Positions 39,006 to 50,800 of a stretch of 64,000 nt of DNA are shown piece after piece. Positions within the stretch are counted from its first letter, which is position 1; the number at the start of each line of letters is the position of its first letter. This stretch comes from Felis catus. Taxonomy: Eukaryota. The stretch is from the NCBI RefSeq assembly GCF_018350175.1, contig NC_058380.1, positions 91,636,001 through 91,700,000 of the forward strand, given 5' to 3'. A program made the translations under genes and the position numbers. A model generated the notes under the pieces. The model was not told where the DNA came from. It saw only the letters and a program-made list of their open reading frames with translations, and searched no databases.

Positions 39006-39879
39006 CAGCTGGCAACAGCACACCGCCGTCCGATCTCTGTGTGCAGGGAGGGGCCCGGTGGTGTCTACGTGACTCTCGTGCCTGCCTGACGGGTAGCAGG
39101 ACACTCGAGGCTTTGGTGGAGGCGGTGTGGCTCAAGGCTGCCTCCTCGGCGGCCGTGCCCCACAACCTCTGAGCAGGCGAGGTCACCGGCGTGCAGAAAA
39201 CGCCAGAGCGCGCCCACCGCGTGTGCGTGCCCCCGGCAGGGAGACGTACAGGGGGACCCGGGCGCTGGAGAAGCGGGGGGAAGCCCAGGCAGGGCAGGGA
39301 TGGGGGCGAGTTCTGCGGGCACGGCACGCGGGATGGGGACATGGGGCAGAGCTGGCCCGACCTGGGGGTTCGCCAGCGGATGTCCTGGGTGACGGGTGGC
39401 AGACGGGTGGGGGCGCCGATGCGGCAGGGGCCTGATTTCTGCGCCTGGCTGCACCTGGAGCTCTTGTTGAGCTGTCGGCCGCTCGGTGCACGGCCGCCTC
39501 TGCCACCGTTGAGAAGACAAAGCCGGCAGATGCGGACGGGCCCTTGGGAACTGATGTCCCTCCGGGCCAGAGGTGGCACCGGCCAGAGGCTGCCGGGGCT
39601 GGAGCCACACCGGTCACGGGGAGAGAGCCGGGCCGCGCCCGTGAGGGGCTCGGCTAGGGAGGCGGAGGGCCCAGCGTCCGCCGGCGCGGGCCGCACAGCC
39701 AAAGCGGGCGCCCCAGCCCGTGGAAACAACAGGGACCCATCTCAGAACCACCGGACACAGTACAGGGAGGGAGACCCGGAGGCAAGGGCAGGAGAACAGA
39801 ACCCGGAACTGCCCACGCGCGCGTGCCCGAGACCGAGCAGCCAGAGCCACGAGGCTTCTGCCACGAAGAGTCGCCAGTG

Positions 39880-42700
39880 AGCCCCACAAGTGCACGGGTG
39901 CTCCCGAGAAGCCATAAACGTGGGCGGTTTTCTGAAGAGGACTTAAAATACATCGAAGTTAAACTCCTCACGGAAACAGTAAAATCTGTGGAACAAAAAC
40001 ACGGGGGTAAGAAAAGCACACGGACCGTAAAGGAGCCGACGGAGAGAAGTGGGCGTGAGCTTGAAAGGAGGCTCAGTCCGCGGGCGGGTGCAGAAGGCTG
40101 GGCAGGCGGCAGGGTCGTGGGGCGGGCGCGCAGGGAGACAGAAGATGGCCTGGAGCGTCCTCGCGCACGTCCTCGGGACACGCGTGCCGAGGTCTGGCCG
40201 GAGGCGGCAGCGGACACACGGGATGCGGGCCGGCGAGGATCCCGAGACCCTACAGCTCTGTGGGGGAGGTCGTGGGTCCCAGCGAGAGGGTACAGGCACG
40301 CAGACCCCGGCCCTCCCGTGGCACGGCGACAGCAGCGGCGGGCCAGGGGAAGTGAGAGCAGAACGCGCGCTCGGTGTCCATGCCGGCCCGGACTCCTAGT
40401 GGCCTCGGCCCCCGGTGCTCACGGAGCGGAAATGCCCGGGCCTCTTCCCTTCTCTTCACGCCCCGGGTGACCCCCGGGGGCCCCGAGCAGGGGCACCGAG
40501 CCCGGCAGCTACGGGAGCCCCCAGTGTTGAGCGCGGAGCACAGCCGCGGCTCTGAGAGAACCCCCGCTGCCGTGCCCTTTCTGGCTGCCGCTGGGGGGAC
40601 CCCGACGCGGACTGACCCAGGAGGGGCACGACAGAGCGGGGTAGCAAGAGCCCCGAGTCTCTGGCTGGAGCAGCGGGCGGTGCCGGCACCCAGGCGAGAG
40701 GGAGGTCACGGCCGCTGAGCGGGGGCGGAGGTGGCCGTGACCGCTAAGGCTGGCCACCCAGCCGCACGCCCAGACACAAGAGCTTGCGGGCCCGCCCGAT
40801 CCCGGCCAAAGGGCAGGTCCAGAGAGCCGGGGCCTGGAAGCTGGGCCGACACCGGCCGGGCCACAGACCGCTGTGGGTGAGGGCCCAAACCTGACGAGAG
40901 CTAGTGCCCGTGGAGCAGACGCCCCAGCCGCCCAGGATCCGGACGACACCCAGACCCGCTCGTGACGTTCGAAATGTCCATGATGTAACCCACAATTACT
41001 TGGTCTGCAAGGAGCCATCGAGATGCCAACTCAGAGGAAAAGACCTTCAGCGGATGCCAAGGGTGAAAAAACATAGGTGTTGAAATTCTCTGAGACTCTA
41101 AAGTAAAGGTCAGAAAAACACTCGAAGAAGCAATCACAGACGTGTTGCAATAAATGTAAAGATATTAACAGTCTCAGCAAAGAAACAAGACACAAGACGA
41201 GTCGTCTGGAAATGTTAGGCCTGAAAGTCAAAATCACCAAACCGTTAAAACTCACTAGACAGACTAGCAGAATGGAGACGACAGAAGAGTCTGAGAACTT
41301 GACTGACGACAGGTCAACAGAAGTTAGGCAACCTGAACAAAGAAAGAAAATCCGTCAGGAGGAGATTCAGGCCCCAGGGACCTGGGGGACAGAACTAAAG
41401 GTCTTGCACTCGTACCGCTGGGGGCCCAAAAGGAAAAGAGCACGGGGGTCCGAAGAAGTAAGGGCTGCACACTTGTCCCATGTGGCGGAAGGCCCACACC
41501 CACAGATTTGAGAAGCTGAGTGAGCCCAAAACAGGATAAAGCCAAAGACGTCCCCGCCAGGCACATCTCACCGAGCTTCCGAAAACCGCGGACAGACTAA
41601 CCCTGACCGGTGGGGAAGGACCGTGCTTGCCCTACAGGCCCCTCACCGGCAGCCCCGGAGGCCTCGGGGAGCAGCGACACAGTTAAAGACGGAAAGGCTG
41701 GCAGCCCAGAGTGCCGTGTCCAGTGAAACATCCTTCACGAATACAGGCGAGATAAGTTCTCAAATGAAAGAAGACGGAGAGACTCCACAGCCAGCGATGG
41801 AAGCTTCTCCGACAAGAGGTAAGTGCCATCAGAACGAGGCTGGGCCGCCAGCAATGAGGGCACAGACACGGACTGACCCCTGTCCTCCTGGGTTCTTCAA
41901 GACACGTCTGACAGCTGAAAGGAAGGCGGTAGTGTTGCCTGATGGGGGTTTTCAGTCTAGACAGGTGCCCCATGGGGGATGATAAAGGACCTCTGGGGGT
42001 AAGGTGCCTACACCCCAGTCACAGTGCAAACTCTCGAGTCCGTGAGTAAACCGTTAGGAGTTGAGCGTGTTGCGGGGCGCGTGGGGGGCTCAGCTGGTTG
42101 AGCGTCTGACTCTTGGGTCTCGGCTCAGGTCACGGTCTCACAGTTTGTGGGACGGAGCCCCACGTCGGGCCGTGCGCCGACAGCACGGCACGGAGCCTGC
42201 TTGGGATTCTCTCTGCTCCTCCCCTGAGCTCGCTCGCTCCCTCTCTCAAAAATAAACATGGAAAAAAAAAGAGTGGTGTGCTCCTTAGAACCACCACTAA
42301 AACAGCACTAAAAAATGTTCAAATCCTGTCCTTCTAGGCAGGAGAGAGGAAACGGAGGGACAGACGGAGGACCGACGTAAAGGACCCCCCCCACCTCGCT
42401 GAGCACCGGGGAAACCCACACACACGAGCCCCCAGCCCTAGCCGCCGCTCACCAAGCACGTCAAACACGCTGTCAGGGGGCGGACGCAAGAGGACGGGGG
42501 AGACAAGCCATAAAAACCCTCCGCGAAGGAAACCCGACCGGCTGCACTGGCCTCCACGGAGAGGGAGCCTCCCGGGGAAGCCGGACGCCGCCCACGGATG
42601 AAAGACATTCCCCCAACATGTGCGTGGCTCGCAAAAGAGCCTCAGCACAGCCGGAGCGACGCGGCGGGACAGAGAGCAGAGGCCGCCGGCAGCGGGAGCC
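39880..42700 (+). mobile_element. Old LINE-1 (L1M) 5' and ORF1-region relic, interrupted by a SINE
   Basis: A-rich sense strand with ORF1-like decayed text (CTCAGCAAAGAAACA...GAAATGTTAGGCCTGAAAGTC...GCAGAATGGAGACGACAGAAGA); boundaries approximate. Confidence 0.6.
42074..42270 (+). mobile_element. Can-SINE
   Basis: GGGGCGCGTGGGGGGCTCAG...GAGCGTCTGACTCTTG...GGAGCCTGCTTGGGATTCTCTCT...AAAATAAAC. Confidence 0.9.
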
Positions 42701-42769
42701 AGCGTCCTGCCTAGGGGCCGAACCGAACGGCCACCGGCCACCGTACGCACCTGCGGGGCTGCTGTGACC

Positions 42770-43365
42770 GGGAATCCCGCGCCGGCGGGGGGGGGCAGCC
42801 TGTTGGTTCTGGAGGCCACGAGTCCGCGTGCTCACTGCGGGGAGACCCCCCTCACCTCTTCCAGCTGCCGGGGGGCCGGCCGTCCTCGGTGTCCTCGTCT
42901 GTTGACTCTGTGGTCCAACCTTCCGTCCTCACTTGGCCTCCCCCTGGGTCCCTTCCCACCACCGTCCCTCTGTGGGTGTCTGTGTCCAAATCTCCCCACC
43001 TCTTTTTTTATTGAAGAACTTTTTTTTAACGTGTGAGAGACAGAGAGAGAGTGGGGGAGGGCAGAGAGGGGGAGAGAGAATCCCAAGCAGGTTCCGCGCT
43101 GACAGCAGAGAGCCCAACGTGGGGCCGGGCCCCACAAACCGTGAGATCACGATCTGAGCCGAAGCTGGGCGCCTGCCCGACTGAGCCACCCAGGTGCCCC
43201 TGGGCCTCCCCTTTTTATACGGCTACCCAATCACACTGCACTGGGCCCACCCTATGCCTCCTTTTAAGCTGTTTATCACTATAAAGACCCTGTTTCCAAT
43301 TAAGATCACATTCTGAGTTACTGGGGATTCAACGTGTCTTTTTGGGGGAGACAAAAGCGGGCCTG
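42770..43365 (-). mobile_element. MLT1 (MaLR) LTR split by a SINE
   Basis: GTTCTGGAGGC...TGTGTCCAAAT...GGGCCCACCCTA...AAAGACCCTGTTTCCAATTAAGATCACATTCTGAG...TCTTTTTGGGGG. Confidence 0.75.
43003..43200 (-). mobile_element. Can-SINE (antisense)
   Basis: T tract, (GA)n, GAATCCCAAGCAGG, ending CTGAGCCACCCAGGTGCCCC. Confidence 0.9.
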
Positions 43366-43369
43366 TAAG

Positions 43370-46200
43370 AACCACCAACTAACTCGATTTACCTGAGCTG
43401 CGGAGAACCTTCCACTCAGCAAGAGCAGGACACACATTCTTGGTGGACACGGACGACCCACCAAGACAGACCACGGCCCGAGTCACGAAACAAACCTCAA
43501 CGTCAATGCTTCCAGACGCCTTCTCCCTAAGACCACCGTCACCCCGAGATGGAAACCACAGACTACAAGCAAGACAATTATAGCTCAACATCCTTGGCGA
43601 GTGGAGTTGCAAAATCAAGAGATTATGAAACCAAATCCAGAAACATAAAATGAAGAGCAGGCCACAAGCAAGTGGGATTCAATCCAGAAACGCAAGGCTG
43701 CTTCCACACTCAGAGACCAGCCAACGTCGGCTCCTGCAGCAGCAAAACAGAGGAAAACACTCGGGCGGAACACCTGCCACAGAGAGAGCATTTCACAAAG
43801 CACCCGAGTCATGACAAAGTTCTCTGCGAAGCAGGAACGGCGGACGGGAGCTGTGGCAGCCTGACGGAGGCATCGCTCCAGGCTGCGGGTCACATCGTAC
43901 CTGGTGGTGAAGGAGGGAACCTTCCCAAGAGCGGGAACGAGGACCAGGCAGCCCCTTCTTATACCCAGGCTCCGTCTCCCAGCGGGGGACTCTGCAGGTG
44001 GGCCACGGTGGGCAAGAGGCGTGAAGGACATACCGACTGGAGGACAACACAACTGTCCTTGTTCACAGATGCCACGACCGTTTATGTGAAAAATCCCCCC
44101 AAAGCTACAAAAACACACACTTTAACAACCTCCTGGACCAGTAAGTGCGTTTATCGAGCTTATGGGACATAAAGACAACAGCCAAAAATCAACTGTGTCT
44201 GAACACTGGGGACATTCGTTCGGGAACTTCCAAAGTATCTTTTACGAACAGCCAGGCCGGCCCTCTGGGAAAACGGAAGCGGGCTCCCCGGCAGCCTGTG
44301 TGCGAACGTGCGCAGCTCTACGCAGGACCACAGAAATCTGGAAACCACTCGCACTCCCCTCAACACGTGTATGCTCAGACAGACGGGTCGTCTGAGCACT
44401 GGAACGCTCCTCAGCAAACAGACAAGACAAATCTCTGATCCACACGACATCTGAACCTCCGAGGCATTCATCCTGCTGAGCGGCACCAGCCTCAGAAGGT
44501 TCTACACTGTCGGGCCGCACTGACGGCACCCTCGGACAAGCCACGGTGACGAGAGCAGGGCACTGGCTGGGGAGTCACAGGTGCGGGGGCCGCAGCGCAG
44601 CGGCGTCTACAGGGACGACGGCGCTATCCCGTATTCTGGCCATCAATCCGTACATGTGGCAAGATGGACGGAACTGCACCCAAAACACACGGTCAATCAA
44701 CCTTACGTGACAGGTGTAAAAAGCCGTGAGAGAGAGAGAGTGCTTTACCTGAACCGACCCGCAGCAGACTTCACCTGTGCAGGCCCGGGCCGCGCGCAGG
44801 GCTGGCTTCCAGGTGACGGGAACAAGAACCGTCAACCCAATGCTAAACCCAGACAGTCAGCATCAAAATACACCCGGACACGGGAAGCCACAGGCCCTCA
44901 GGACGGGACACGGGCGGACACAAGGCACCGGTGAGCCAAAACCACACACGCGGCACAGTGGCCGCTGTTTTTAAATAAATACTTTTTGTATTAAAAACTA
45001 GTAAGGGTCCGAAATTCTAGAGACCGTGGGAGGAGCAGGAGGCGAAACGAAGGCGTTACGTGGAAAGTATGCCACGAGGAATGTCGGGCCACCGGGCAGT
45101 TCAACATGCAGCCCTCCATTTCCGCCGGCGGGCCGCGTCCACACGCAAACCGCACACGACGCCCACGGCAGCGTGGCTCAAGACGGCCGACGTGGGGACA
45201 GCCTGAGGTCCGTCAACGGACACGTCAATGAAACGTGGTCTGTCCGTACGTGGAGTCTCTTTCGGCCTCAGAAGAAAAGAAGTCCCGATGCCTGCCGCGG
45301 AACCTGGCCAACTTCACACGCAAGCAAGCCCAACGCGAGGGCCGAAGGCCGTGTGCACAGCCGCGAGCGGGTGCGCGTCCAGAACGGGCGGTCCGCAGAG
45401 ACAGAAAACCGCCTGCCTGCCAGCGGCAGGGCAGGGGACGGGGCTGCCCCAACAGCAGGCGTGGAAGGCTGCTACGGGACAAGGGGTGGGGCCAGGCCTC
45501 TCACGGTGTCTCTCTAGAGCACGTGCTGTCTCCGGGGGACCCCGGTCTCCCCGCAGGAGCGTGTCCCCACAGCAGCAGCACCCTGCAAGGGAGAGGGGAT
45601 GGCGCCCTCGGTCCGGCAAAGACTCGTACCCGCTCCTCCCGGAGCCCCACCCTGCGCCCCGCTCCTGGTCCGGAGCTCGTCCAGCAAGCTCTCCAGACCC
45701 ACAGCCCGGGGCCCCCGGTGGGTGGGTGAGGTCTGGGCGAGGTCGCAGGGACCGAGCTGCCCTGGAGGGAAGGGAGGACCAGCAGGCGGCCGCAGGCCGG
45801 CACCCTGGCAGGGCCCTGGTCTGCTCGCTGGCCACCCCCCAACCCGCCCTCCCCCTTCCAAAACAAGGTCACACCTTCCTTCTGCCATTCACTTCTCCCT
45901 CACCCTGTCCCTGTGGGCAAAGACCTTTCCAATCCTCTCGCCTTACAGTTCTGGTTTGAGGAAAAGGAAGGAAACTCACTAATGCACTTGATCGAACCCA
46001 GCCGGCCTAACAGAAAATGAAACGTATGTACGCACCCCATAAACAAATTCCCGAGTAAAGCCCAACGTGTCGAAGACGAAGCTTTAAAAACCATCGGAAA
46101 AAATACCCGAACGTTTCCTTGGGAAGACAGGACTTCTTGAATAAGCTGGTCAGAAGCACGGTTCACCAAGGAAATTCTACACCTTAGGTTCCCGTCGCAA
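43370..46200 (+). mobile_element. LINE-1 ORF2 (endonuclease and reverse transcriptase) relic and L1M 3'-end fragments
   Basis: ORF 43672-44172 retains degenerate RT motifs GFNPETQGCF (cf. QVGFIPGMQGWF) and QLSLFTDATTVYVKNP (cf. LSLFADDMIVYLENP); catalytic DD lost; may include non-L1 gaps. Confidence 0.7.
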
Positions 46201-47337
46201 ACACGCTCCTGACACGGTTAACGACCGGCCTCCAGGAGCATCGGGCACTCTCGCCAACTGGCAGCAAAATGAGACCGACAGCCCAGTGGACAAGTGGACA
46301 AGGGCAGGCGATGCTCTGCGTTCTGCAGGAGCAGAGTAGGCGCGGCCCGCGGCCCACAGGCCTCTCGCCCACGACAGCCTGTGCACCTCGGGGAGCCCGG
46401 CACCGGGGGGGGGGGGGGGGGGTCGGGCCGTGGACGCGGGCGGCCTGCCGGGGAGCTTGGGGGCGGCGGGAGCAAGCGGGGGGCTCACACGGCGAAGACG
46501 GCGCTGCGGTCTCGGTTGTGAGAAAACAAAAGACACAAACTCGTGAGGACGCCGCTCCGGAGAGCTCAGCGGGAAGGGCCTCGGAGGACGTCAGCTTCCC
46601 CGCCACGTTTCGACACCATCGCGCTCGACGCGGGACGTGTGCACTTCTGTGTCGTCGGAGGTGGCAGCAGGGGCCGCTTTCTTTCCTCTTGGCGCTCGTG
46701 TCTCGTCACTTCTCAGGGACGTCAGGGGGAGTCCGACACGTCACGTGTTCTCTACAGAGGGCCCCGGGGCGGCCCCCAGCCTGGCCCTCTGGAACCACCC
46801 GGGTGCACCCAGCCGGCGGCCAGGACCCCGAGTCTGCCCCAGCGCTGCACCCCGTGGGGCCGAGGCCCCCGCTCGAACTGAGATTCGGGTCTGCGGTTGG
46901 GGGCTGGCACCACTGGCTGCCGACTGGAGGAAACACCTGGTTCTGGAGGAGGCCCGGTTCCGGGGAGGCAACACAGCTTGTCGGATCCCCAAATGCAAAA
47001 GCTACTGGCCATTCTTCCACGGCCAGAGGTCCCTGCGGGGAGGGGAGGGGAGGGGAGGGGAGGGGTGGGGCCACATGTGGACCTGCTCTCAAGGCAGCCC
47101 CCGGGGAGCAAAGAAGATTCCAGAAAGGAGAACGGCTGGCTTCCGCAAGGCCTGCAGGAACAAGCATGGAGCGTCAGGGAACCCACGTAACTGCTCAGGG
47201 ACTTGGTGACGCAGGAAGGGACAGGGCACTTGTAGGGAAGGGACCGAGGGACGGCAGAGAGCCAGGAGGCCCCTGTGAGGGTCAATGCCACCGAGGCCAG
47301 AGGCAAACGGATACCACTCACCACAGAGATTTAACAG

Positions 47338-47343
47338 TTTAAT
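47338..47343 (-). terminator. TRAF2: TRAF2 polyadenylation signal (ATTAAA)
   Basis: ATTAAA on the minus strand about 470 nt after the stop codon. Confidence 0.6.
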
Positions 47344-47814
47344 AACGACTCCTCCACAGCCCGACGGGGCAGCTACCGCACCACGTCTCACAGCAGGGCC
47401 CAACGTGCACCCCACGCTTGCCCCGGGGGCGGCTGACGGGAGGCCCCGAGGACACAGAGCGCCCTCCCTGCCCGCTGGCCTGCACAGCAGGACCTCTCCT
47501 CAGAGCAGCGGCCAGGCCTGAGCGCGTCCCTTCTCTCCGGGGGCCAAAGGGCAGGACGAGGTGCCGGCCCACCTTGCCCGCTCCGCTCACTCCGCCCCGA
47601 GCACCTACACGGACAGCCCTCGGAGGGACCGACGGGCCTGCAGCCCACCCCACGCAGCCCGGGCTGAGCGGCCTCTCCCAGGAGGCGGCCCCGTCCCGGC
47701 GGGCCACGAAGGCGGCAGGCGCCCACCCGCAGCGAGGCTCAGGCCCAGCGTGGTGGCTCCTCACCGAGCCGCCGGGCCCAGCTGCTCCTGACCCCTGACC
47801 CTGGGGGGAGGCGG

Positions 47815-50800
47815 CTAGAGCCCCGTCAGGTCCACAATGGCCTTGATGAAGATGGCGTCATCGCGCACGTAGGAATTCTTGGCCTCCATCTTGGAAACGG
47901 GGCAGAAGAGGGGGCAGCCGCTCGCGATGTTCATGTCACTGACTGGCCTCTGGAAGGAGGACGAGGTCACGTCGGGTCTAAAGGCGTCGATCACATGCTC
48001 CCGGTTGTTCTGGTCAAGCAGCATTAAGGTCACCTGGGGGAGAGCGCCCCGCGGAGGGACAACGCTGAGTCACGGCCCCCCGCTCCACGGCTACCGGCTG
48101 TCAACCCCACCTGGGTGATCCGCGCCCCGGCACTTTCTGGGACCAACCCCTGGGATCCAAGGCTACAGTTCGGGCTACGTGGAGCCGCATCGTGGTGCCT
48201 TTTCTTATGTTCACGTGGCAAACGTTTCCTTACCAGAGGGCTCACAGAATACCTGCCGCCCTCCCCGAGGAACAGCACTTTTCAGATGCGCTGCCTCCAC
48301 CAGGAAGACCACGGGGCTGGCCCGGCACGGCGAAGGGGAAGGACAACGGCATCGGCACCTCCAATCCCTCAGCCCAACTATGACACAAGAGCCTCAGGTC
48401 CGGCCTCCAGCCGCGGCCCTTCCTCTGAAACCAGCCCCGAGACGGCATCTGCAACCGCTGGCCCTAAGTGGCCGGAAGCCCCGGGGCCGACTGGGTGTCG
48501 TCCCAGCTCCACTGCAGCGACAGAGCCACGTGGAGGCCCTGGGCCCAGGAGCCCGAGGGCCCATCCTGACAGCCTGCCGCCCACTGGGGTCCCCAGAGCA
48601 GCCGCTGGACGGCCTCGCGTACCTTTTGGTTGAAGGGCCACCGCAGGAGGGCGTCGTTGGGGCCCTTCATCACCACAAAGAAGAGAGACAGGTGCGTCCC
48701 GCGCCCGGTGCCATCTCCGTTCAGGTAGATGCGCAGACACATCTTGTAGCCGTACCTGCTCGTATAGAAGGCTGCAGGGGGGACAGGAGGGAGCGTCAGT
48801 GAAGCCAGGCCGAGGGCTCGTGCTCCCCGCAAGGAACAGAAACGCAGGGACAACACCCAGGTTGGGGCACGTACTTCTCCTCTAAGGACGCAGTTAGTTC
48901 CTAGCGAGAACAAACGCCCAAAAGAAAAATAGGTGATTAGAAGAAGTGTTTTTAGGGGCGCCTGGGTGGCTCAGCTGGTCGAGCGTCCAAGTCTTAATTT
49001 CAGCTCAGGTCATGATCTCACACTTCGTGCACAGATCTGAGCCCCGCATCAGACTCGCTGCTCTCAGCACAGAGCCCGCTCCAGAGCCTCTGTCCGCCCT
49101 CCCGACTCTGTCTTCCCCCACTCACACCTGCTCTCAAAAGTAAACATTAAAAAACAGCATTTCTGGGGCGCCTGGGTGGCGCAGTCGGTTAAGCGTCCGA
49201 CTTCACTCAGGTCACGATCTCGCGGTCCGTGAGTTCGAGCCCCGCGTCGGGCTCTGGGCTGATGGCTCAGAGCCTGGAGCCTGTTTCCGATTCTGCGTCT
49301 CCCTCTCTCTCTGCCCCTCCCCCGTTCATGCTCTGTCTCTCTCTGTCCCAAAAATAAATAAAAACGTTGAAAAAAAAATGTTTAAAAAAAAATAAAAAAA
49401 TAAAAATAAAAAAAATAAAAAAAAATAAAAAACAGCATTTCTAAAAACCCTAAATGTAACCCCAAAACAGAACCAGCCGTGAAGTTCGGGCAGGGGGGGG
49501 TGCTTGGCTCTGGTCAAAAGGCCGTGGTCAGACCTGAGCCGGGGCCTGGAAAGGGCACAGTGGGGGAGACCCTGGGACAAGCCAGAGGCGACATTCCCAA
49601 TATCCAGCATGGCGCCCAGAGACACGCAAGAGCCCAGACACGGCACGAGGCCGGGCACCCCCAGGAGCGGCCCTCACGGCCTTCCTGCCCGTGGCCCCGG
49701 AAACCACCCTCCCTCGGCTCCCCGGACACCAGCCCGCTCCGGCTGTGCAGCTCCGCCTGAGCACAGACGAGCGTCTCCCGGGGGCGTGTCACGGGGCCAC
49801 CCCAGCTGGAGCTCACGCTCAGTTCTCTATCAGGTTCCGCCAGAGCTGGACCCGGAGGAAAGCTGATCGGTAGGCATGCTCCCACTCCCGAGGAAACGCG
49901 CTAGCAAAAGGAGCTGCCTGCTCGCATCCAGTGCAGAGGGGCCGGCCTCCCGAACACGCCGCTCCCCACGCGGCAGTCGCCTGTCCCAGCCAGGAAGACA
50001 GAGCGTGAGCGTCCGGTTCCACACAGGGGACGGCGCGGTCACGGGCGGGCCTGCCTGCGGCCCTGTACCCGCCAGCAGGAGAGGCGCCCCGCCCCTGCCC
50101 CCGCTCGCCCGGGCTCCGAACACATAACCACGGCAGCAACTTCACCGAAGTAAACGGTAAAGGGCGCCCGTGGGGTGGGGGGCCGGGTTCGTCAGGAAGG
50201 GCCGTGGGCCGCACGTGGCCCTGGCAGAGCAAGGGAGCCCGCCGCGTGGACGAGCGCCGCCTTCTCCCCAGCGGTGCCTTCCAGGGAACACCCCTGCGAG
50301 TACCCGCCCGAAGTTCCGTGCGCGAGGGGAGTCCCGGCCCAGGCGGCCACCCGCCCACCCCGCGTCCTCCCGCGGAGGCGCTGCCGGCACGGCAGGGGCC
50401 TCCAGCCCGAGGGTGCGCGAGTAGCTCGGACACCAGCAGCTCTGAGGACAGTTTCCAGAACGGCACCTGGAGAGAAGATGGCGGGCGTGCGGCCAGCCAC
50501 AGCTTCCTGGCGCTTCCTGGCGAAATCCGAGATCTTCCAGATAAACACGCCGTCGAAGGTGGACGCCTCCATCTCGTGGACCTTCTGCTCCAGCTCGGCC
50601 ATGGCCAGGTCCTTCAGGCCGATGCTCCTCTCCAGCTGCTGCACCTGGGGGCGCAGGGGGCCCCGTGAGGGTGCCGGCGGGAGGGGCTGCGGGCCTCAGA
50701 GGCCACCTTGCATTTCGCAGGACGGCGCTTAGGGAAGTGTCCCCACGCCCACCTTTCCACCGACTTCGAGCGGGACGGCTTCTCCCAGTGCCCGGGGCTT

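Noticed and set aside
43672-44172. Reverse-transcriptase-like ORF as an active or domesticated gene
   Set aside because: Decayed L1 ORF2; catalytic FADD is FTDA and the intervening motifs are scrambled
46269-47342. 357-aa ORF downstream of TRAF2
   Set aside because: Includes a poly-G-derived Gly run and low-complexity sequence; no domain or splice structure
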